Positions 40,914 through 49,024 of a stretch of 49,024 nucleotides of DNA are shown here, piece by piece; within the stretch, counting starts at the first letter, position 1; the number at the start of each line of letters is the position of its first letter. The translations under genes and the position numbers were made by a program. Source of the stretch: Eubacteriales bacterium. GTDB taxonomy: Bacteria; Bacillota; Clostridia; Oscillospirales; CAG-272. The stretch spans positions 1 to 49,024 of the forward strand of contig JAZSFM010000030.1 in assembly GCA_045532215.1 (NCBI GenBank), given 5' to 3'. Below the pieces are notes generated by a model. The model worked only from the letters and a program-made list of their open reading frames with translations, had not been told where the DNA came from and did no database searches.

Positions 40914-42026
40914 ATGGCATCTACGAAAAAAACAAAATTGGCAGTTCCCGCAGGACTTGATGCGGCAGGTAAGGCGCAAGCACTCAAGACTGCAATGACA
41001 CAAATCGAGCGCGACTTTGGCGCGGGCTCTATTATGAAATTGGGAGAGAACTCCCACATGGAAGTGCAAGCCATTCACACCGGCTCTCTCTCTCTCGACC
41101 TCGCTCTCGGTATCGGTGGCGTTCCGCGCGGACGTATTGTCGAAATCTTTGGCCCCGAATCTTCCGGTAAAACAACCGTTGCTCTGCATATTCTCGCAGA
41201 GGTACAAAAGTCGGGCGGTACGGCAGCATTCATCGATGCCGAACACGCACTTGATCCCGTATATGCCAAGGCACTTGGTGTTGACATCAATGAGCTGCTC
41301 GTATCCCAACCCGACTGTGGTGAAGATGCACTCGAAATTTGCGAAGCGCTTGCACGTTCGGGCGCGGTTGATGCCATCGTTATCGACTCGGTAGCCGCTC
41401 TCGTTCCCCGTCAGGAAATTGAGGGCGATATGGGACAATCGATGGTTGGCGTTCAGGCAAGAATGATGTCACAGGCAATGCGCAAACTCTCGGGCGTTAT
41501 TTCCAAGAGCAACTGCGTAGTTGTTTTCATTAACCAAATCCGTGAAAAGGTTGGCGTTATTTACGGCAATCCCGAAACCACGCCCGGCGGACGTGCACTC
41601 AAGTTCTTTGCATCGGTTCGCATTGATATTCGCAAAACAGAGCAACTCAAAGACGGCAACGACGTTTACGGTAATCACGTTAAGTGCAAAATCGTCAAAA
41701 ACAAGGTCGCTCCTCCTTTCCGCGTAGCAGAATTTGACATTCTCTACGGCAAGGGAATTTCTCTTTCGGGTGAGATCATCGACTTTGCAATCGCCCTTGA
41801 CGTTATTCAAAAGAGCGGTTCTTGGTTCTCCTACAATGGTGAGAGAATCGGTCAGGGCAAGGACAACGTCCGCAAGCTCATCGAGAACACCCCCGACCTA
41901 ATGAAAGAGATCGAAAACAAGGTTCGCGCACTCAGCGAGCAAGCCAAAATGACAATGGATCAAGATTTTGAGGTCGATGAGGATGACGACGACGAGTTCG
42001 ATCTCCGCCTCTCCGATGACGAATAA
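40914..42026 (+). CDS. recA: Recombinase A
   Basis: [41 protein letters not shown]; acidic tail. Confidence 0.99.
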   Translation: MASTKKTKLAVPAGLDAAGKAQALKTAMTQIERDFGAGSIMKLGENSHMEVQAIHTGSLSLDLALGIGGVPRGRIVEIFGPESSGKTTVALHILAEVQKSGGTAAFIDAEHALDPVYAKALGVDINELLVSQPDCGEDALEICEALARSGAVDAIVIDSVAALVPRQEIEGDMGQSMVGVQARMMSQAMRKLSGVISKSNCVVVFINQIREKVGVIYGNPETTPGGRALKFFASVRIDIRKTEQLKDGNDVYGNHVKCKIVKNKVAPPFRVAEFDILYGKGISLSGEIIDFAIALDVIQKSGSWFSYNGERIGQGKDNVRKLIENTPDLMKEIENKVRALSEQAKMTMDQDFEVDEDDDDEFDLRLSDDE

Positions 42027-42697
42027 TGACGAGTGATCAAATTTCCTACGGTATCTCCAGCCCTTTGACAATCACCATCCGCGCCTTGCGTGCACAGCAC
42101 GAGGGGGCAGAGATGCTGGTGCAACTGCTCTTGGAAAATGGGGAACACCAAGAGCAAAAAAGTCTTGTTATCACAACCGAGCAATACTGTGAATTTAATC
42201 TGACACGCGGACCGATCGCCGAAGAAGTCTACGAGAAAATTGAAGAAGCCGCCGAGCTTTGCTGTGCTTTGCGCAGCGGTGAGAGCTTGCTCTCCTATGG
42301 CGCAAATTCTGTGCAGGCACTCACGCGAAAACTCGTAGGTAAAGGATATAACCGAGAGGTTGCCGCGACTGCGGCAGAACGCCTTGCGGGATATGGGCTC
42401 ATCGATGAAGAACGCGATATGAAACGCGAGGTTGAAAAGTGTTTGCGTAAGCTTTGGGGATCCAAGCGCATCAGCGCACATCTTTGGAGCAAGGGATACG
42501 CGGCGGAGACGATGCAAGGGCTCACCAAACTGTTGGAGGATGTTGATTTTTCGCAAAACTGTGCAGACCTCATTCGAAAACACTATGGCGAAGTTCCAAC
42601 CGATGCCGACGAGCACCGTCGTATGATTGCAAGTCTATCGCGTTACGGATATTCTATTGGGGAGATCCGAGAAGCAATTCGACTTTTAAGAGAATGA
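42026..42697 (+). CDS. recX: RecA regulator RecX
   Basis: Translationally coupled to recA; LTRKLVGKGY, GLIDE, WGSKRISAHLWSKG, LSRYGY repeats. Confidence 0.85.
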   Translation: MTSDQISYGISSPLTITIRALRAQHEGAEMLVQLLLENGEHQEQKSLVITTEQYCEFNLTRGPIAEEVYEKIEEAAELCCALRSGESLLSYGANSVQALTRKLVGKGYNREVAATAAERLAGYGLIDEERDMKREVEKCLRKLWGSKRISAHLWSKGYAAETMQGLTKLLEDVDFSQNCADLIRKHYGEVPTDADEHRRMIASLSRYGYSIGEIREAIRLLRE

Positions 42698-42709
42698 AAT
42701 AAAAAATCA

Positions 42710-42743
42710 GTACCCACGCGAAGGACGCGTGGGTACCTTTTTT
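42710..42743. terminator. Bidirectional terminator shared by recA-recX and the capsid operon
   Basis: GTACCCACGCG-AAGGA-CGCGTGGGTAC with A6 before and T6 after. Confidence 0.85.
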
Positions 42744-42744
42744 A

Positions 42745-43143
42745 TTAGGTTAGGTCATAGCGGTCAACAATCGCTCCTTGTGTTGCGGGTAGACTTTTGC
42801 GAATTTCGAGAATGATATTGATGTAGCGGTCAAAGAATTTGTCGCTCATTTCTTCATTTTCGTCCAACACCAATGCTGAAGCAAGATATTGTACCGCCGC
42901 AGGAACAAAGACTTCGCAAAGGGGAAAGACGTTTTCGGGGTCAACTGCCGCAATGTCAGTGTGAATTTCTTGGGGCTCCAAACCGTGTGTCTCACGGTAA
43001 ACACCGTCCAAAGGCGCATATTGAGTGATAAAGGTTGCCAACAAAAACTGTGCGCGTGTGTTGTAGTCCTCAACTCCAAACGAGGTAGAGGTGTCCTCGC
43101 AAACGGCCGCTATGGCGCTTTTTGTCAAATCGAGGTAGGTCAT
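42745..43143 (-). CDS. Putative phage head-completion/adaptor protein
   Basis: 132 aa, predicted helical, directly after the capsid gene; AAVQYLASALV..DRY pattern; call is mostly positional. Confidence 0.5.
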   Translation of the reverse strand: MTYLDLTKSAIAAVCEDTSTSFGVEDYNTRAQFLLATFITQYAPLDGVYRETHGLEPQEIHTDIAAVDPENVFPLCEVFVPAAVQYLASALVLDENEEMSDKFFDRYINIILEIRKSLPATQGAIVDRYDLT

Positions 43144-43157
43144 TTTCTACCTCGGAA

Positions 43158-43994
43158 TCAAGCTTCGACAACATTCAGGTCGAGCAGTACCATCTCCTTG
43201 GGATAAACGACCTTTGCGCCGTAGAGGTGCAAGCCCTTAACGGCATCTGCAAAGCGGAGTTCGGGGCGATAAGCATCAATCTCGGAGAGTTGCTCTGCAA
43301 ATGCAATCGCACGCTTGGTACGTGCCAGGCACTTGTGCTCGTAACCGGCGTCACCCTCAACCTTTTTGACGTTGTTGGAAACGAAGATCTTGCAACCGCC
43401 AATGGCACCAATGCAACCTGCCTCCATTACGTCGGTATTGTCGGTAGAAAGACTAACCTTTGCCTTCATAATCAAGCCGGCAATGTCGGGAGTTACCTCA
43501 ATGACGATGTCCTCGGGGTTAGCCACGTTGTTGTTAAAGAGCTTGGTTCTGGCATCGATAATGAGGTTGATAATGTTATTTACATTAACATCCTCGCACT
43601 TGATAGAGGAACCTGCCTGACCGTAAAGACTGTATACGTAACGGTCTGCATCATTTGCAAGTGCGCTGGCGGCATTTTTCATAGCAGCTTCCATCAACTT
43701 GGGAGAGGATTGTGCGCGGTCAATGTCGTCAATTTGGAAGTTAAAGTACTTCGCTTGATTGATCGTCAGATCGCGTGCAGTATCCGAGAGGGTGGCAGGG
43801 GAGTTCATATTGGAGTTCTTGGTGTACTCAGAAACAATAACCTCGCCAACACCGCAAATGCGAACAACATTGCCTTTTTCGTGAATTTCACCTTCAAATT
43901 CGCGGTTACAGTTTGCAACACCGATGTACTTTTTGTCAAGTTCTTGATAGAGGTTTTCGCTCCAAACGGTGGGAATAAAATTTGTAATAGCCAT
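43158..43994 (-). CDS. Phage major capsid protein (HK97 fold, P22 coat-like family)
   Basis: MAITNFIPTVWS, NREFEGEI..GNVVRI, LTINQAKYFNFQIDDID..Q, FADAVKGLHLYGAKVV. Confidence 0.88.
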   Translation of the reverse strand: MAITNFIPTVWSENLYQELDKKYIGVANCNREFEGEIHEKGNVVRICGVGEVIVSEYTKNSNMNSPATLSDTARDLTINQAKYFNFQIDDIDRAQSSPKLMEAAMKNAASALANDADRYVYSLYGQAGSSIKCEDVNVNNIINLIIDARTKLFNNNVANPEDIVIEVTPDIAGLIMKAKVSLSTDNTDVMEAGCIGAIGGCKIFVSNNVKKVEGDAGYEHKCLARTKRAIAFAEQLSEIDAYRPELRFADAVKGLHLYGAKVVYPKEMVLLDLNVVEA

Positions 43995-44026
43995 ACTATT
44001 TTTCCTTTCTTATTTCATCAATTTTT

Positions 44027-44641
44027 TTAGTGCCATTTTTGCATCGAGCGCATAATTTTAGAAAGATTTGCGCGTACTTCCTGCGAGGTCATGGCACGTA
44101 CCTCGGCAGGGGAAAATTCAACGCTTTCTGCGTTGCCGGCAGCACCGGCAGAACGCGCGCGGTTATTGGCGTTGCTGTCGGTTGCTGATTTGAGAGAAAG
44201 TGCTTTGCGATGCTCCGCAAGAGCAAATGCTGCGGCAAGTGAGTTGCCATCCCTTACATTTTGCCACACCTCTTGAGAAAGAGATGAAATGGGCGTATTG
44301 GGGTAGAAAGTAGTGAACTCAAGATATTGTTGCTCGATATGCTCCATTTGGGCAAGTTTTGCGTAGCTGTCCTCCAAATCTCGGCGCAACTGTATCAGTT
44401 CACTTCGCAGCTCGTCCAATTCGCTTTTTTGAGGCGTGGGATCAGAATCTTCGCAATCAGGATCAGAATCTGTATCGGGATCTGTAGGAACGCCAAGAGC
44501 ACTTTCCACTGATTCTCCGAGAGGTGTTTCTTCTTCGGGGGTGGAGGAGTTTGCAGGCGTCGCAGGCGCCGTCTCCACAAAATCGTTTGGCGTACTTGCA
44601 TCATCCGTTTGATTTTCGAGAATAGTAGTTTCATCATTCAT
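44027..44641 (-). CDS. Putative capsid scaffolding protein
   Basis: Between portal and capsid; acidic Pro/Thr disordered N-terminus, coiled coil, C-terminal EVRAMTSQEV..MQKW. Confidence 0.65.
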   Translation of the reverse strand: MNDETTILENQTDDASTPNDFVETAPATPANSSTPEEETPLGESVESALGVPTDPDTDSDPDCEDSDPTPQKSELDELRSELIQLRRDLEDSYAKLAQMEHIEQQYLEFTTFYPNTPISSLSQEVWQNVRDGNSLAAAFALAEHRKALSLKSATDSNANNRARSAGAAGNAESVEFSPAEVRAMTSQEVRANLSKIMRSMQKWH

Positions 44642-46184
44642 CACCCAAAACTCCTTTCTCTTTGATTTTTGCAAGTAGTGCCTCGCGGTTGACGAGTGTA
44701 CCTTCAGGGAGCAGTTCCACATATTCAACAACGCTCAAATGTCCGCTATCCAACAGTTTGTTGAGCGTGGAAACGGTTGAAGCGGGGGAATAACGGTCAA
44801 CGCTACCTGCGTGAGCGGTTGCACTGATGAGTGCGTTTTTCAGGAGCGCATAGTCAAATGTTTGCGCAGTCACGTCGCCGTTCTTTTCCAAAACGGAGAG
44901 CATACGGTCAGAGGGGCAATAGGTGCAAAGCATATCCGCCCAAATGGCGGCAAGCTCGCCAATGCAACGGCAAAAGTGAACGCGTACGTGTTCGAGGGAG
45001 ACCGATGCGGCAGATTGCAGAGTCAAAATTGCACTGGTGTTGTGCGCACGTTCGTCACCCAAAGCCGAGTCGGTAGCACCCATCATACCCTTGGTATTGT
45101 CGATGACGTTGGAGATCAGGTCGAGATACCCATCCTGCATTTGACCAACGCCAACAACCGATACGGCATCCGCCATATTGCCGCCACCAACGGCACCAAT
45201 GGCTTCACCAACCTCGTTGGACCATTCGGGGATACGTGTTTTATCATAAATGACCTTCGAGAACGCGGTGTTTTGCATGTGCTTGAGTGCCATTGCATAA
45301 GCGGTGTTAATACACTTTTGGTTGGCGACCATATCGCTTACCGATGCCGTACCATGAAAACAGTTTTTGGCATTGTGCCAATGAAAATAAGCCACGGGAT
45401 AGAGGCGAAGTCCTGTTTTGGCACGACGGATGAGGCAATTTTTTGTCGTTTTTTCAAAAACGACCTCACCGTTCTCGCGGAAAAAGCGAATGAGAAAAGT
45501 GGCTTTTTCTTCACCGCTCAGCTCGTTTTTTCCAAGGTCTGCGGTGTAGGTACCTATGTTTTCGTCATCGCTGACGATGCGGGCAACGTCTTTTTCACTT
45601 GCTCCTGCCATAAGAGCTTCGCGACGCAGACTTTCCACCGTTGCACGGCCTGCCAACATTACGTACTTTTGGCTTTGAATATCAGAAGAATTGACGTCGG
45701 CCACAAACAGGTTGGTAGAGTCGATAATGTCTGTGCGAATGTCTCCGTCAAACGCGTGACCGTTGCGGTGGTCGGGATCCCACCAGCAATAGAACACACC
45801 GTCTCCTGAAATCGCGGCATCAAGGAGTGCCTGGTAGGAGAGCGCTTCCATGTGTCCGTGTTTCCATCGCCAAGCCGCATTGCGGTTGAGCACACCGATG
45901 CCGTGCGACACCGCACGTTTTGCATCTTCGGAGAGCATAAAGGGGAGCGCATCGTCGGAGTAGGAGATAGAAACGTCTCCGCCGATTACGGATGCGACCT
46001 GGTGGTCGGTAATCCGTCGAATAAAGTTGAAAACGGGGCGTGGGAGGTCGGCATTTACGCCATACCAATGGTCGCCGCGGTAAAAGCGCTCATTGCGTCT
46101 CACCGTTTCATAAAGACCAATGCGTTGTTTGTACGCTTTGCCGGCCTCATAAGCACGCCACGCAAGTTCGTGTGCTTGAGAAAT
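44634..46184 (-). CDS. Phage portal protein, probable ATT start
   Basis: ERFYRGDHW..LPRPVFNFIRRI, DAAISGDG, YPVAYFHW, NQKCIN; frame open to ATT at 46184, 7 nt after AGGAGG. Confidence 0.8.
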   Translation of the reverse strand: MSQAHELAWRAYEAGKAYKQRIGLYETVRRNERFYRGDHWYGVNADLPRPVFNFIRRITDHQVASVIGGDVSISYSDDALPFMLSEDAKRAVSHGIGVLNRNAAWRWKHGHMEALSYQALLDAAISGDGVFYCWWDPDHRNGHAFDGDIRTDIIDSTNLFVADVNSSDIQSQKYVMLAGRATVESLRREALMAGASEKDVARIVSDDENIGTYTADLGKNELSGEEKATFLIRFFRENGEVVFEKTTKNCLIRRAKTGLRLYPVAYFHWHNAKNCFHGTASVSDMVANQKCINTAYAMALKHMQNTAFSKVIYDKTRIPEWSNEVGEAIGAVGGGNMADAVSVVGVGQMQDGYLDLISNVIDNTKGMMGATDSALGDERAHNTSAILTLQSAASVSLEHVRVHFCRCIGELAAIWADMLCTYCPSDRMLSVLEKNGDVTAQTFDYALLKNALISATAHAGSVDRYSPASTVSTLNKLLDSGHLSVVEYVELLPEGTLVNREALLAKIKEKGVLGDE

Positions 46185-46210
46185 AACGATTCCTCCTTTC
46201 TAAAAATATT

Positions 46211-47923
46211 TTAGGGCAAAGAGTAAATGTCGAGTCGGTAGAACTCGGCGGGGTTGGGAGCGTTTGTGGAGAGCGTAAAACGCAAAAAGCGATAGCGATG
46301 CGTGCACATGCGCATTTCCTGCAATTGTGCATTGGCATTGGAAAGGGGAGCAGTCATATCAAAGAGCTTGCCTGTGCGCTCGGTTTCCAATAAAATCGAA
46401 CATCCACCGCCCAACGAAGAATAAAGGTAGGCGCGAATCGATCGACGGGGAACGTCGGGCGTTCCAAAATCGAGGTAGCCACTACGATAAAATGCCGATA
46501 TCGGCATTCCTTCATCGGTGTTGTAAGAGCGACCAAAGCGGAAGACCCCGTTGTTTTGCGCAAAGCCGATTTCACCGCGAATTTTGAAAAAGAAGGTTGC
46601 GGGAATGTTATCAAATCGATACCATTGGTCGGTTTCTGTATTCCAAACCAAGACCTCGCCACCGCTGTCCTCGGGGTCTCGCATCCAAATCTCACCGTCT
46701 GCAATGTTCCAAAACAATTGCGCACGCCCCGAAAAATCAGATGTAATCCTACCTTCTATTCCTACCGAAAGTCGGTCAAAGGAGAGCTGCTCGGGGCGAG
46801 CGACAGACGCACTGATGCGATAAACGTCATTGCCCATAACGGCAATCACGTTATTTTTGTAGGGAATTGCACCAAAGGGGGATGCACAACCGATCTCGTT
46901 TGCCGCCAGCGTTGCCTCAATCTCTCCTTTTTCAAAGGAGAGGTTCCAAATGCGATTTGCGGTAAACGCCAGAACGGTGTCATAAAAAGGACACATCGCA
47001 GTTACGGGATGCGCACTGTCACCCAAAAAGAGAATGTCATCGGCGCAGAAATAGAGTGACGATGCACGGGGATACATTGCGTGACAAGATGAGAGCATAT
47101 AGTCAGCAACGTTTTTCGAGCAGAACACACGCGCGTCCTCTCCCCAAAGAAACAGTCTGTTTTCTCCGTCCTTGGAATAGATAAAGGAAAGTTGAGCCGC
47201 CAAAATCTTTTGCCTAAGTTCCTCATTGTGGTTGACAACAAATCCAATTTCCAACATTGTGGGTGGAGTGGAGGTGTTGATCGTGATTTGATTAGAACCC
47301 GAAACAAATGTGTAATCGGTAATCGTTTTTCCGTCTGCCCACACTACGTCTACGGCATCGGCATAATAGGGGAGACGAAAAACAGAAGTGCCGGTGGAGT
47401 TGAAATAGTGCACGCGCAGGCGCGGGGAGAGTAGATTGAGGTCCTCGTGGATGTCACCGTAAGAGGTTGGGCTCCATTGGTAGCCGTAAAGCGGAACGTA
47501 CGCCTCTACTACGCGGAATTGGTTTTCGGTGGAGGAGTAGTGATAGATGTTTGTTCCGTCAAGCAGATACAAGTCATCCAAATAGACGCAAAAGTGTACG
47601 CGACCCGAGCCGTTTGTAACGCTCCCAACAACGGTTTGAGTCATTGCATCTCCCTCCAAGCGATAGATCTGATTGCCTGCCACAGCAAACAAGAGGGAGT
47701 TGCCACCAAGCGTTCCCTCCCAAACGCCGCGGACTTTCAGACCGGTTGGGAAGTGCTTTTTGAGCCCATAACCCATTCTCGTTTTGAGAATACCGCCGGG
47801 AAGAATACGAAAATTGCACATATCCTCGGCCCCCTCGGGGGAGAGCGGCGTGTGCTTTCCCATGCCGCCAAATTTGCAAGAAAGCACCTTCAAGGCAGAT
47901 CGCCTTGATTTGAGTCTTGCCAT
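46211..47923 (-). CDS. Putative phage DNA-stabilisation/nozzle protein (P22 gp10- or T7 gp12-like, beta-rich)
   Basis: FGGM..EDMCNF..GILKTRMG N-terminus, IGCASP, ISAFYRSGYLDFG, RFLRFTL C-terminus; within the head operon. Confidence 0.55.
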   Translation of the reverse strand: MARLKSRRSALKVLSCKFGGMGKHTPLSPEGAEDMCNFRILPGGILKTRMGYGLKKHFPTGLKVRGVWEGTLGGNSLLFAVAGNQIYRLEGDAMTQTVVGSVTNGSGRVHFCVYLDDLYLLDGTNIYHYSSTENQFRVVEAYVPLYGYQWSPTSYGDIHEDLNLLSPRLRVHYFNSTGTSVFRLPYYADAVDVVWADGKTITDYTFVSGSNQITINTSTPPTMLEIGFVVNHNEELRQKILAAQLSFIYSKDGENRLFLWGEDARVFCSKNVADYMLSSCHAMYPRASSLYFCADDILFLGDSAHPVTAMCPFYDTVLAFTANRIWNLSFEKGEIEATLAANEIGCASPFGAIPYKNNVIAVMGNDVYRISASVARPEQLSFDRLSVGIEGRITSDFSGRAQLFWNIADGEIWMRDPEDSGGEVLVWNTETDQWYRFDNIPATFFFKIRGEIGFAQNNGVFRFGRSYNTDEGMPISAFYRSGYLDFGTPDVPRRSIRAYLYSSLGGGCSILLETERTGKLFDMTAPLSNANAQLQEMRMCTHRYRFLRFTLSTNAPNPAEFYRLDIYSLP

Positions 47924-47981
47924 AAAGAAAACTCCTTTCATTTTGAACTATCACAAAGAAAAACCGATCTTTCGCCCGCTC

Positions 47982-49004
47982 TTAAAAGAGCGAGCGCTCT
48001 TTTTTAGCAAAACGAAAGGTGTTGTTGGCGGCGGGTTGTTGATCGGGAATGTTTGCGCGGCTCATAACGGCGTATCGCAGGGCCTCCGGCGCGTGCGTTA
48101 CGGCGTGGGGCTCATCCGAGGCATCTTCGGGGCGCATCGCATCGCAAAGCAGAGCCGGCATCGAGCGGATCAGCTCGGTACAAACCGACGATATCCGAAG
48201 TACCGGCGCTCCGTCCGCAGGGCTTAAGTATTCGCGCAGAACTCTCCATCCCGGAATGCGGCGGTTGTCGGCGGCGCACATCGGTGGCATGTCACTAACC
48301 GATTGCATTACCTCAAATCCGCTTTTTCCGCTATCCTGACGTCTGTTCCAAAGGTCGGGAGAAGCTACAGCATATCGCACCTGTCGCCCTTGACACAAAC
48401 GAGCCACCTGCCGAGCCGCCTCACTCAAGGTCAGATTGGGCTTGCAAAACTCCTTTACGGCAAACAAATTTCCCTTGGCATCGTATCCCATCAAAAGGGC
48501 GGCAAGCATATCAAATCCGTAGTCAAACGCCACGAAATAATGAAGCTCATCCGGTACTTTGTCGGGAGAGCAAATATGCACGTCGGGGTCGAACTCCGAA
48601 AAGAACTGTCCCTCAAACACATCCCAACTTCCGTGCAGCCACGCATCGCGCAATTTCTGCGGCAAGCTTTCCAACTGCCGAACATAATCGGGGTCGGCTC
48701 GCAGCAGAACAGGATTGTCATACACCTTTGCCGAAACGAAAAGATAGTCGTCGGGGTCCTCATCCCCTCGAAAATTTCTCTCAACAAAAAGTCGCTTTAC
48801 CCAAGCGTGACCAATGCCACCGGGATTGCAGGTCAGGTACATTCTGCGGGGTACGTCACCGGTGCCACGAAGGCAGGCCTTAAAGATAGAAAACTGATAT
48901 TCGCTCAGCTGCGTAGCCTCGTCGATGGCAATGATGTCATACTCCTGACCTTGATATCTCAGCGTATCCGTCGCGCTTTGGCAGTAGCCGAGAGCGATGG
49001 TACT
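47982..49004 (-). CDS. Phage terminase large subunit, 5'-truncated by the contig end
   Basis: Frame open to the contig end: YQGQEYDIIAIDEATQ (Walker B), LTCNPGGIGHAWVK (motif C), DNPVL, AFDYG and HAPEALRY nuclease motifs. Confidence 0.9.
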   Translation of the reverse strand, partial: STIALGYCQSATDTLRYQGQEYDIIAIDEATQLSEYQFSIFKACLRGTGDVPRRMYLTCNPGGIGHAWVKRLFVERNFRGDEDPDDYLFVSAKVYDNPVLLRADPDYVRQLESLPQKLRDAWLHGSWDVFEGQFFSEFDPDVHICSPDKVPDELHYFVAFDYGFDMLAALLMGYDAKGNLFAVKEFCKPNLTLSEAARQVARLCQGRQVRYAVASPDLWNRRQDSGKSGFEVMQSVSDMPPMCAADNRRIPGWRVLREYLSPADGAPVLRISSVCTELIRSMPALLCDAMRPEDASDEPHAVTHAPEALRYAVMSRANIPDQQPAANNTFRFAKKERSLF

Positions 49005-49024
49005 AAGTCGGAGGCCAAGCGGTC
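49005..49024 (+). other. MGI/BGI (DNBSEQ) adapter remnant, not genomic
   Basis: AAGTCGGAGGCCAAGCGGTC is the start of the MGI adapter AAGTCGGAGGCCAAGCGGTCTTAGGAAGACAA. Confidence 0.9.

Noticed and set aside
43158-43994. Encapsulin nanocompartment
   Set aside because: Terminase, portal and scaffold neighbours indicate a DNA-packaging head, and no cargo enzyme is adjacent
15921-49004. One large prophage spanning repressor to terminase
   Set aside because: The intervening 26 kb is core host genes (valS, guaA, gatCAB, recA); no integrase or att repeats seen

Overview
49-kb chromosomal contig, probably from an endospore-forming Clostridia (Bacillota) bacterium, judged from the SASP gene, T-box, BspA-type lipoproteins, RqcH and type II PanK. 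The backbone is housekeeping: coaW-like, rqcH, trxB, trkA/trkH, a 3-gene G3PDH-like flavoprotein cluster, ABC and ABC-F proteins, T-box-valS (one frameshift), a GATase-less GMP synthase, gatCAB and recA-recX. Accessory genes encode surface lipoproteins (LRR, M6 protease, two EEP proteins), an ECF sigma/anti-sigma pair and a GH36 enzyme. The most notable item is a compact, intact phage head-only operon (terL, nozzle/stabilisation-like, portal, scaffold, major capsid, adaptor). It ends on the terminator it shares with recX and has no tail, lysis or integrase genes on the visible side. About 26 kb away, among housekeeping genes, sits an orphan phage-type switch: a RecA-cleavable CI-like repressor and an ArpU/RinA-like activator, driven by mirror-image perfect promoters with operators in their spacers. 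Together these suggest, by inference only, a domesticated capsid or GTA-like system. Other oddities are an ATT-initiated portal, a GatA lacking its catalytic triad, a non-canonical repeated palindrome at the recA promoter and two REP/MITE-like repeat families. The last 20 nt are MGI sequencing adapter, so the contig is truncated inside terL. All family calls come from motif recognition by eye; no database searches were run.
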